From a virus (taxonomy: Duplodnaviria; Caudoviricetes), in IMG/VR virus record IMGVR_UViG_3300027193_000001, positions 1 to 38,780 of that record: a stretch of 38,780 nt of DNA; one strand, written 5' to 3'. The translations under genes and the position numbers were made by a program. Shown one piece after another: positions 27,320-35,165 of this stretch. The notes beneath the pieces are model-generated. The model was not told where the DNA came from. It was given only the letters and a program-made list of their open reading frames with translations, and searched no databases. Position 1 is the first letter of the stretch. The number at the start of each line of letters is the position of its first letter.

Positions 27320-27661
27320 ATGAACGAATATTTAATAAAATCAATCACCGAGGTTTTTGAAGACAATTTTGAAAAGGGCGAAGGTAAAGGTGTGAATGTA
27401 TATGGCGTTGAAGGTAAAATAGAAGCAGAGTCGCCACGGGACGCAGTCTTAAAATTCATTGCTAATAATCTTTATTTCACCGATGGCACGCTTGAAGAAG
27501 ACATTGAAGAGGGAAGCCAAAAAGTTTATTGCACCTTGGTTGATAACGAAAACAATGAACCTAATAATCCGCAAATTGAAGCGTGGAAGCGTGGGGAAAT
27601 TGTTTTATACTCTTCATATACACGATTCACAGTTTCCCAGTTAATAAAACAAACTTTTTAA
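27320..27661 (+). CDS. Hypothetical acidic early protein
   Basis: Flanked by identical 26-bp linkers. Confidence 0.8.
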   Translation: MNEYLIKSITEVFEDNFEKGEGKGVNVYGVEGKIEAESPRDAVLKFIANNLYFTDGTLEEDIEEGSQKVYCTLVDNENNEPNNPQIEAWKRGEIVLYSSYTRFTVSQLIKQTF

Positions 27662-27676
27662 TTAATATCAAATTTT

Positions 27677-28654
27677 ATGGCAAAAATAGTCTACAGTTCA
27701 CCACGGGAAATTTGCCACCTTTGGGCGAACCAATCACAAAACAAGGCAAGAACTTCCAAAAGAACCGTTTCGTTTTTCGGAAACGAACTATATTCTTACA
27801 GCACGAAAATCGCGGAATTGTTCCCAGAACACAATTTTGCAATGGTTACAACGCGAAATTATTCAATAACAAGGGCAAAGCACCAAAGATATTTAAGGAA
27901 CGCGTTGCCTAGTCATTACCGCATTATTGAGGTTTATGATAGTTTCCGACCTGAAAACATTATTGACCATTTTAAAGCCAACTTAGAAACTCAAATTGCG
28001 AAGCTTAAAAACGCAAGAACGCCCGCAAAATATTTGGTTGAAATTGAAAAGCAACGCCGAAACGCGGAATTGTATTTGCAGAACTTTAGTGAAATATACA
28101 AAGGAGGTTTCACGCGAGCAGGCGAAGAGCGTTTTTACCAGCAATTAACTGAATTAATAGAAGCACAGTCAAAGTTTGCGGACACCGCGGATTCAAAAGC
28201 CCTTGCCAAAGCATATACTCAAGACAAAGAAGCGAAAGAAAAAGAAAAGCGGGAGCAAATACGCGAAGAGTACAACGCCCGAGTAAAAGCTTGGAAAAAC
28301 CACGAGCGAGATAGCGAAGGCAAACTAATAACAGTCCCGCAGTCTCAAATTCAAATAATGTGCGGGGAAACCGATTTTGCGAGATTATCCAAAGACGGCA
28401 AAGAATTCGAAAGCCACCGAGGTGCAAGAATACCAAAAAACGCAGGCTTGGCACTTTTTCGCATTATAACGGCTTTTATAACGGAAGGTAAAGAAGTGGA
28501 GTTGCCCATAACAATTGGTTCTTATACCCTCAACAATATATACGCGGAAGGGAATTGCGTTATTGGTTGCCACCGATTTTCATACGAAGAACTGAAAAGC
28601 GTTTATGAAACAGTCGCGGATAAACAAGATAACGAAACATTAACAATTAATTAA
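27677..28654 (+). CDS. Conserved hypothetical early protein
   Basis: H.WANQ, YSYSTKIA, YS.T..KHQ and C-terminal IGCH motifs; function unknown. Confidence 0.85.
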   Translation: MAKIVYSSPREICHLWANQSQNKARTSKRTVSFFGNELYSYSTKIAELFPEHNFAMVTTRNYSITRAKHQRYLRNALPSHYRIIEVYDSFRPENIIDHFKANLETQIAKLKNARTPAKYLVEIEKQRRNAELYLQNFSEIYKGGFTRAGEERFYQQLTELIEAQSKFADTADSKALAKAYTQDKEAKEKEKREQIREEYNARVKAWKNHERDSEGKLITVPQSQIQIMCGETDFARLSKDGKEFESHRGARIPKNAGLALFRIITAFITEGKEVELPITIGSYTLNNIYAEGNCVIGCHRFSYEELKSVYETVADKQDNETLTIN

Positions 28655-28661
28655 ACATTTT

Positions 28662-28943
28662 ATGAATACGAACATAAAGGTAACGATTCCAGCACCACTA
28701 GAACTATACACAAGCGAAGAGCTTATGCGGGAAATTAAAAGGCGAAGGGATATAGTGATATTGGGAAATTTTTACTCTAAACAGCAAATAACGGATTTAT
28801 GCGGTGCAACACCTGAAGAAGCAGACGCTTTTCTTGATGAGTGCGACCCAGCAGACAATGACGCAGTTCTTGAGAACGCAAATCTTGAATTGCAAGAGCT
28901 TTTTGATACTTGGAAAGAAGAAAGGGAACAAGAATGTGAATAA
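28662..28943 (+). CDS. Hypothetical highly acidic early protein
   Basis: About 23 D/E versus 9 K/R in 93 aa. Confidence 0.8.
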   Translation: MNTNIKVTIPAPLELYTSEELMREIKRRRDIVILGNFYSKQQITDLCGATPEEADAFLDECDPADNDAVLENANLELQELFDTWKEEREQECE

Positions 28944-28975
28944 ACCAAACAAATAATTAATTAATTAAACCTTTT

Positions 28976-29194
28976 ATGAAAAAATATACAGCAGTTTATT
29001 TAAAAGACTTAGGGATTCAAATAGGAGCTTTACGCGATTGGATTGCTTCCGAAGATTACAGACCAGTTATAACAAAGGCGGAAATATTACATTATCAAGA
29101 AATGTTTGGCGAAGAGGAGCATTATGAGCGAGTGGACGCACGAAACCTTGAGCAAATGATGAACATAAACCAAATTGATATTGTAATTTTATGA
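28976..29194 (+). CDS. Hypothetical early protein
   Basis: TTTTATG start context; ATGA overlap with the next gene. Confidence 0.75.
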   Translation: MKKYTAVYLKDLGIQIGALRDWIASEDYRPVITKAEILHYQEMFGEEEHYERVDARNLEQMMNINQIDIVIL

Positions 29195-29676
29195 AAAAAC
29201 AAGATTTCAGATTTCTTCACAAAGTCATGGTTTTTGATAACGGAGGGAAAACCGCGGATAGATACACCGTAATCTTTACGGATGGTTCTTATGTTGCGAG
29301 TAGTGAGAACCCGAGCAGTCCCTATGGCATTTACACGCACGGGGATAGTGGGGGGATTGTGTGCATTAAGTTTCCGCAAGATGATTATGGATTTCAGCAC
29401 TCAATACTTAAGCAGGATATATCCGCGATTAACAGGCTCAACAAACACCTTGGCAAATACAAGACAATAAACGCGATGAAGCGATTGCCCAAACAAGTTT
29501 TGGATTGCATACGCCACGACATTTTAATTGATGAGGTGTGCGAGAGAGTTTCCAACGCGTTTATTCAAGAACCACGACCGAAGCTTACAAAAACCTACTT
29601 GAGCTTAGTGGTGGGGCTTAGCGAGGCGGAAATCGCCATTGCTGAAGCTTACTGCCCATTTATAAACCTACAATAA
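29191..29676 (+). CDS. Conserved hypothetical early protein (DNGGKT.DRYTV family)
   Basis: FDNGGKTADRYTVIF...SENP..P.G motif. Confidence 0.8.
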   Translation: MKKQDFRFLHKVMVFDNGGKTADRYTVIFTDGSYVASSENPSSPYGIYTHGDSGGIVCIKFPQDDYGFQHSILKQDISAINRLNKHLGKYKTINAMKRLPKQVLDCIRHDILIDEVCERVSNAFIQEPRPKLTKTYLSLVVGLSEAEIAIAEAYCPFINLQ

Positions 29677-29696
29677 CGAAATTTAATAAACATTTT

Positions 29697-29990
29697 ATGC
29701 AAACAATTTTTAAAGAAAACAAATACACACAAACAACAACATATTTTGACGGGTGGGGACTGCCTGAAGCCCAACGCAAACTTTTGATTGATTTTGCGGA
29801 ATCAGACGCGGGGGCAAATATATTTTCGGAACATATTTACGATGTCGGCACATTAATAGACATTAATAATGCCATTGAATATGGTTGTGAAGAAGATGAA
29901 ATTCAAGAACAGCCAAAGCTTATAGAAGTTAAAGAAATTCTTGAGCAAGCACAAGCTGAAGGAATTGATAAAATAACATTTTATCGTTAA
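29697..29990 (+). CDS. Hypothetical acidic early protein
   Basis: About 20 D/E versus 8 K/R in 97 aa. Confidence 0.8.
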   Translation: MQTIFKENKYTQTTTYFDGWGLPEAQRKLLIDFAESDAGANIFSEHIYDVGTLIDINNAIEYGCEEDEIQEQPKLIEVKEILEQAQAEGIDKITFYR

Positions 29991-30054
29991 ATATATTGAC
30001 AAACATAAAACTTTAAATAAATAAAAAATAAAAATTTAATTAATAAAACCTAAT

Positions 30055-30288
30055 ATGACCCAAGAAAAAAACAAAAGACAAGACGACGGTAAAATTGGCG
30101 TTTCGTATAGAATCCCAGTAGACTTAGAAATTGCTTTTCACACATACTGTTCTTCACGAAGAAGCAGGTCAGAGAGGACAACAAAGTCCGATGTGGTAAC
30201 CGAATTACTCCGCGATTTTTTAGAAAAAAACGGTGCAATAATAGACAATTCAGAGAAGCCGAAAGCTGAATTGTCTATTTACGATTAA
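30055..30288 (+). CDS. Ribbon-helix-helix DNA-binding protein
   Basis: GVSYRIP.DL...F..Y.......TKSDVVTELLRDFL; TTGACA upstream at 29996. Confidence 0.75.
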   Translation: MTQEKNKRQDDGKIGVSYRIPVDLEIAFHTYCSSRRSRSERTTKSDVVTELLRDFLEKNGAIIDNSEKPKAELSIYD

Positions 30289-30320
30289 CAAGTTGAGGCA
30301 AATAATTTAATACACATTTT

Positions 30321-30605
30321 ATGAATACTATATTTAGGAAAGAATTGGTTTCGCAAGTTGCAAAAACTATTGGTAAAACCCAAAAGCTAACTGACACAAT
30401 GCTAGACGCGACTTTAGACGCGATAGTCGAAAACTTAAGAAACGGAAATGAAGTGAGAATTTCAGGGTATATTTCTTTTTTAATTAAAGAAAGAGAGGAA
30501 CGGCACGGGCTTACTCCAAAGCAAAAAGTACCGTATGTAAAGCCTGCCCACAAAGCTACCAAAGTTTTGGTAGGGAAAAAACTTAAGGATTGCCATAAGC
30601 AATAG
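30321..30605 (+). CDS. hup: HU/IHF-like DNA-binding protein
   Basis: KELV..VA......K......LDA....I...L..G.EVRI.G...F....R.ER.G..P pattern. Confidence 0.88.
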   Translation: MNTIFRKELVSQVAKTIGKTQKLTDTMLDATLDAIVENLRNGNEVRISGYISFLIKEREERHGLTPKQKVPYVKPAHKATKVLVGKKLKDCHKQ

Positions 30606-30709
30606 TGGAAGGTGCGACATACGGGGTTGTAGAATCTTACGATTTTGCAGCCCCATAAATCCAAAACAGCTTTTAAAGGATTTCTTCAGATATAAGCTTA
30701 AGAATATAA

Positions 30710-30750
30710 AAATTCAAAAGTCAAGCAATTTTTAGTTGACTTTTGAATTT
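30710..30750. promoter_or_regulatory. 15-bp perfect inverted repeat with back-to-back TTGACT hexamers (operator or divergent promoters)
   Basis: AAATTCAAAAGTCAA-gcaatttttag-TTGACTTTTGAATTT. Confidence 0.7.
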
Positions 30751-30800
30751 AGGTATATCTAAATAAAATCAAAACGATTTACAAATATATTTAAAGTAAT

Positions 30801-31007
30801 ATGATAGACCAAAAATTGACAGTGAAACAAGTCGCAGAAATATTTCAAATTTCAGAGCAAATTGTCCAGAAATGGGCTAGAGAAGGGAAGCTTCCGCACT
30901 ATCGAGTGGGCTTTGGAAAATCTGCAGATTATAGATTTGATGAAAAAACATTGATTGAATATTTCAAAGCCCCAAAAACAAAAATGGATTTTGACGACAT
31001 TCATTAA
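30801..31007 (+). CDS. Excisionase/MerR-type winged HTH protein (HTH_17-like)
   Basis: LTVKQVAEIFQIS..IV.KW.REGKLP.YRVG....YRF. Confidence 0.85.
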   Translation: MIDQKLTVKQVAEIFQISEQIVQKWAREGKLPHYRVGFGKSADYRFDEKTLIEYFKAPKTKMDFDDIH

Positions 31008-31029
31008 AACAATAAATTAAAAGAGATTT

Positions 31030-33162
31030 ATGCAAGAAATGATTAAAGCTTTCAAGGAAGCAAATCTCCCATTGGTAAGAACGAAAAACAAAGCTCCGAT
31101 AGTAAGCAATTGGCAGTTATTAGCAAGCGATGTATCTTTGTGGGGGGGAAACTTATTGACGGCAACCGAGGTTGGGTTCGTAATAACTGAAGATATACTT
31201 GTGGTTGATGTAGACCCACGCAACTTTCCGAATGGTAAGGATTCATTAGCAGAGTTGAGCAGAGCATTGAACTTCGATGTGAAAGCCAATGCAGAATTTT
31301 CTACGCATACAGCAAGTGGAGGTTACCACCTATATTATAAGAAAGACCACGCAATAAAGTTTCCAAACACAATAGAAGCCTTTAAAGGGGTTGAGTTTAA
31401 GCAGAAAGGTCAGCAAGTACTTATACCGAATTCGGTTCTTCCCGATGGCAGAAAATACACTTTAATTAAAGGCAATATCAACGGATTAACAAAAATTCCG
31501 GCAGAGTTTTACAAGGTTATTGGGCAGAAAGGGACTTCAAAGGCAGTGCTAACAGGCACCGGATTTTCAGATAACCAAGCGGATATTAATCGCATGCGTC
31601 AACTATTAGCGAATATACCTCCGGCAGTTGAAGGGCAGAATGGCGACATTGCAACTTTTAAAGTGTGTTGCCTAGGCAAAGACTACGGGTTAAGCCCCGA
31701 AGTATTCTTCGATTTATTGACTGAGTGGAATGATAAGTGCGTACCTTCTTGGGATTCAAATGACCTGAAAAAAAAGATGATAAACGCGTACAGTTACAGC
31801 CAAAACAAAGCTGGAAGTCACTCAATTGAAAAATTATTCAATGCAATAGAGAAAGGTTTCGAAGAAAGGACATTAACTTTGGAAGAAACGCAAAAGCAAG
31901 AAGAAGAATTACTTGACTGGGAGAGCGAATTGCAGTTGAATAAAACTGGCGGGGTTAAGACCACACTCAAAAACGCAGTGGCGTATATCAAGAACGATGA
32001 GAGATTAAAAGGCAAACTGGCTTTCAACGAGTTCACAAACGAAATTGAATGGTTACACGCCCCGCAATGGGCGAATAAACCAAGGAAATTCAACTTAGAC
32101 TACGACGGTGTTAAGATAAGGTATCTACTAAATGGGTATAACTTCGACATAAGCAAGTCGTTGATAGACGAAGCTGTGGTCGAAGTATCCTCACACAGAA
32201 GCTTTCACCCCGTCAAAGATTGGCTATCAAAGCTCCCAAAGTGGGACGGGGTCAAAAGAATAGAAAATTTGATAACTGACAATTTCGAAGTTGAGGAGCA
32301 GAACATACAATATTATAAGGAGGTTATAAAAATCTTGATTTGCGGGATATTGAAGCGTGTGTATTATCCGGGAGCGAAATTCGATTTTATGTTTGTGCTA
32401 TCCGGAGAAACTCGTGCGGGTAAATCCACTTTCTTGAAAAACTTAGCCATCAATGACGATTGGTTTTTATCAAGACAGCTTGACGGGTTAGACCCGAAAG
32501 ACTATGTGCCACTTGTGAAAGGTAAAATATTGATTGAGTGGCAAGAGCTAGCACTATTCAGCAAGCATGACATCAACAGTATTAAAGCTTTCATATCTAC
32601 CGAAGTTGACACAGTACGAGAAGCGTATCGCCGAGACGCAATGGATTATAAACGCCAGTTCGTGATATGCGGAACAACGAACAAAGAACAGTTCCTGTTA
32701 GACGAGACGGGGAACGCTAGGTTTTACATAGTCCCAGTGAAACGCAAACTCACCCAAGATGACTATGTCACGGTGGAAGGAGTAGAGTACATCAAGAGCA
32801 TTAAAGAAAACATAGAGCAGATTTACGCTGAGGGGCTAACGCTTTACAAAGAGAGTTCGCTGAAACTCAGCGGGGAGGCGAATAGAATAGTGGAAAGGAT
32901 ACGAGACAACTCGTTTTCTAGGGACGAAATAGAGGAAACGATTGTCCAGTGGCTAGACAATATACCTGAGGACTGCAAAAGTTTTGCTTCCAAAGAAAAA
33001 GTTCAAGTGAATGATATTCTAATTCACTGTTTGAAAGAAACCCCCTCAAAAGCAAGAGGCCTTTCAAACAGAATAGGGAATATTCTTCGCAGGTTAGGGT
33101 ACACAGCGAAAAGCTACCGAATTGATGATAAGGTAAAATACGGATTTGTTAAAAATGTATGA
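31030..33162 (+). CDS. Primase-helicase: N-terminal bifunctional PrimPol, C-terminal VirE/VapE-like helicase
   Basis: VVDVDPRN and HTASGGYHLY (PrimPol); FHPV..W...P.WDG..R, GETRAGKST, GTTN...FL.D.TGN.RF (VirE). Confidence 0.92.
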   Translation: MQEMIKAFKEANLPLVRTKNKAPIVSNWQLLASDVSLWGGNLLTATEVGFVITEDILVVDVDPRNFPNGKDSLAELSRALNFDVKANAEFSTHTASGGYHLYYKKDHAIKFPNTIEAFKGVEFKQKGQQVLIPNSVLPDGRKYTLIKGNINGLTKIPAEFYKVIGQKGTSKAVLTGTGFSDNQADINRMRQLLANIPPAVEGQNGDIATFKVCCLGKDYGLSPEVFFDLLTEWNDKCVPSWDSNDLKKKMINAYSYSQNKAGSHSIEKLFNAIEKGFEERTLTLEETQKQEEELLDWESELQLNKTGGVKTTLKNAVAYIKNDERLKGKLAFNEFTNEIEWLHAPQWANKPRKFNLDYDGVKIRYLLNGYNFDISKSLIDEAVVEVSSHRSFHPVKDWLSKLPKWDGVKRIENLITDNFEVEEQNIQYYKEVIKILICGILKRVYYPGAKFDFMFVLSGETRAGKSTFLKNLAINDDWFLSRQLDGLDPKDYVPLVKGKILIEWQELALFSKHDINSIKAFISTEVDTVREAYRRDAMDYKRQFVICGTTNKEQFLLDETGNARFYIVPVKRKLTQDDYVTVEGVEYIKSIKENIEQIYAEGLTLYKESSLKLSGEANRIVERIRDNSFSRDEIEETIVQWLDNIPEDCKSFASKEKVQVNDILIHCLKETPSKARGLSNRIGNILRRLGYTAKSYRIDDKVKYGFVKNV

Positions 33163-33299
33163 AATATATGAACATAGATTCAATAGTAGAAACTATTAGG
33201 AAGAATAGAATCGAAAATGAAGATAAGATGATCCTTCACGCAGTTGGAAATTTCTTGATCCTCAACAGTTTATATAATACAAGATGGAAAAATATATGA
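33159..33299 (+). CDS. Small hypothetical protein (46 aa; not in the ORF track)
   Basis: ATGA overlap with the primase stop; MKYMNIDSIVETIRK...WKNI. Confidence 0.45.
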   Translation: MKYMNIDSIVETIRKNRIENEDKMILHAVGNFLILNSLYNTRWKNI

Positions 33300-33307
33300 G
33301 AAAACAC

Positions 33308-33335
33308 TTGACATTTAAAAATATGTAAATATACT
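33308..33335 (+). promoter_or_regulatory. Sigma70 promoter TTGACA-N16-TATACT for the replication operon
   Basis: Near-consensus hexamers upstream of the structured leader. Confidence 0.75.
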
Positions 33336-33344
33336 TAAAACAAG

Positions 33345-33432
33345 CTAGGGATAACTTGACGCAGATATGCGAAAACTTAGGATTTTTTGAAAGAGTTTAT
33401 CTAAGTTGAAGCAATTTTTAGGTTGTCCCTAG
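33345..33432 (+). ncRNA. Putative structured RNA leader (three-way junction)
   Basis: 14-bp closing stem with 3 G-U pairs enclosing two hairpins; begins near the predicted +1. Confidence 0.55.
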
Positions 33433-33457
33433 TAGAAAAAGAATTATAAGAAACGAT

Positions 33458-34996
33458 ATGGGTAAATTAAGAAGAGTTGGCGATAAATTTTACTTCCTTG
33501 CGGAAACGCCTGAGGAGAAGAACATCGTTAAGCTAAAATGGGACGGAGAGAAACGCGTGTATTACACGGATGATTTCGTTAAAGCTGAGAAATTGAAGCA
33601 GTTTGCAACTACGGATTCATGCACTCACGAGTTCTTCGCATTAATGGAATCCAACAAGGAAGGTTCCTACGGAGAAACACCACTCGAAGGGTTTTATAAA
33701 GCTGAAGGTGTATTTGATTACCAAGCCCGCGGTGTACAAGAACTCATCGATAGAGTTCGGAATTATAAGTGTGCATTGCTTGCTGATGAACAAGGTTTAG
33801 GTAAGACGATTCAAATCGTAAAACTCATGGAATACTTTGGGAAGCCAATTTTAGTGATTTGCCCAGCATCTTTAAAGCTGAACTGGGAAAAAGAGATACG
33901 AGAATGGTATTCGACTCAAGCTAAATACGAGATTCAAGTGATAATGACTTCCAAAGATTGGTTGAACACAAATGCTACCATGGTTATTGTGAACTACGAC
34001 CTCCTAACTAAAGAGCATATACAGTCTCAATTATTGAAAACTAAGTTTGAATTGTGTGTGTGTGATGAAGCTCACTACCTTAAGAATGCCAAGGCAGCAC
34101 GCACAAAAGCAGCTGCTAAGATTATGAAATCTATCCCGATCAATATCGCATTAACGGGAACGCCAGTGCTTAATAAACCCATAGAATTGTATTCGCTTCT
34201 GAAATGCTTGAAAGCTACACATATTTTGAAGCCTTATGATAACCTTAGAGCTTATGCGTATAGGTATTGCAGTGCATACCAAGGTACTTGGGGGTTTGAG
34301 ATGGGGGGTGCGAGCAACCCAGCAGAGCTGAACCAAAGATTGAGGGCTACGATTATGATTCGCAGAGAAAAATCTCAAGTGCTAAGCCAGTTACCTGACA
34401 AGAGTTACCAAATTGTACCTCTTGAAGCTGACAAAGCTTGCCGAGAAATATGTGCTAACCTAAGCAAGCTGGACATTAAACTGCTTGAAGAGAAACCTGA
34501 GCTAGGTTCAGTAGGAGAAATTGCAAAGTTAAGGCACGACTTAGCTATGGCTAAACTCGATGACTGTATCACGCACATAGAGTGCTTGCTCGAAAGTAAA
34601 AACAAGCTAGTGGTATTCGCACACCACAGGGCAGTTATTTCAAAATTGCAAGAATCATTAAAAGACTACGGTTGCGTTGTCTTTGATGGTTCTACTTCTG
34701 CCACAGATAAAAATAAAGCTGTTGAGTCTTTCCAAAAAGATGAAGCTTGCAGAATTTTTATCGGGCAAATGCAATCTGCAGGCGTTGGTATTACGCTAAC
34801 GGCTGCAGATACGGTGGTTTTTGTTGAATCGTCATGGGTACCAGGAGAGGTAGAACAGGCGGTTGATCGTTGCCACCGTATTGGGCAAAAGAATCATGTG
34901 CTTGCCCAATTCTTAACAGTAAGCGGAAGCATAGATGAGATTATGCTTCGAGCTATTGCTAAGAAGAAGAGCGTGATAAACAAAATAATGAAATAA
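33458..34996 (+). CDS. SNF2-family (SMARCAL1-like) helicase
   Basis: LLADEQGLGKT, DEAH, LTGTP, GVGITLT and QAVDRCHRIGQ. Confidence 0.95.
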   Translation: MGKLRRVGDKFYFLAETPEEKNIVKLKWDGEKRVYYTDDFVKAEKLKQFATTDSCTHEFFALMESNKEGSYGETPLEGFYKAEGVFDYQARGVQELIDRVRNYKCALLADEQGLGKTIQIVKLMEYFGKPILVICPASLKLNWEKEIREWYSTQAKYEIQVIMTSKDWLNTNATMVIVNYDLLTKEHIQSQLLKTKFELCVCDEAHYLKNAKAARTKAAAKIMKSIPINIALTGTPVLNKPIELYSLLKCLKATHILKPYDNLRAYAYRYCSAYQGTWGFEMGGASNPAELNQRLRATIMIRREKSQVLSQLPDKSYQIVPLEADKACREICANLSKLDIKLLEEKPELGSVGEIAKLRHDLAMAKLDDCITHIECLLESKNKLVVFAHHRAVISKLQESLKDYGCVVFDGSTSATDKNKAVESFQKDEACRIFIGQMQSAGVGITLTAADTVVFVESSWVPGEVEQAVDRCHRIGQKNHVLAQFLTVSGSIDEIMLRAIAKKKSVINKIMK

Positions 34997-35011
34997 TTTA
35001 ATCTAGTAAAT

Positions 35012-35149
35012 ATGAACGAAGAATTTGAATCAATATTAGCAACCTTGAAATCGGAGCTTAAAAGTTCGGATAAACTAGTGTACAACAGCGAAGTTGAGAG
35101 GTGCTTTATTCAGTTAATCGAAGCAATCAAAAACATGGAAACCAAATAA
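35012..35149 (+). CDS. Small helical hypothetical protein (45 aa; not in the ORF track)
   Basis: Fills the gap with ~15-nt spacers on both sides; MNEEFESILATLK...METK. Confidence 0.6.
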   Translation: MNEEFESILATLKSELKSSDKLVYNSEVERCFIQLIEAIKNMETK

Positions 35150-35165
35150 ACTTTTTACGTACAAT

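Noticed and set aside
30275-30664. 129-aa minus-strand ORF downstream of the leftward promoter-like arm
   Set aside because: It is antisense to HU and has no repressor-like features; more plausibly non-coding antisense if transcribed at all.
33345-33432. tRNA gene
   Set aside because: The closing stem is 14 bp, there are only two internal arms, and there is no TTC T-loop consensus or CCA.
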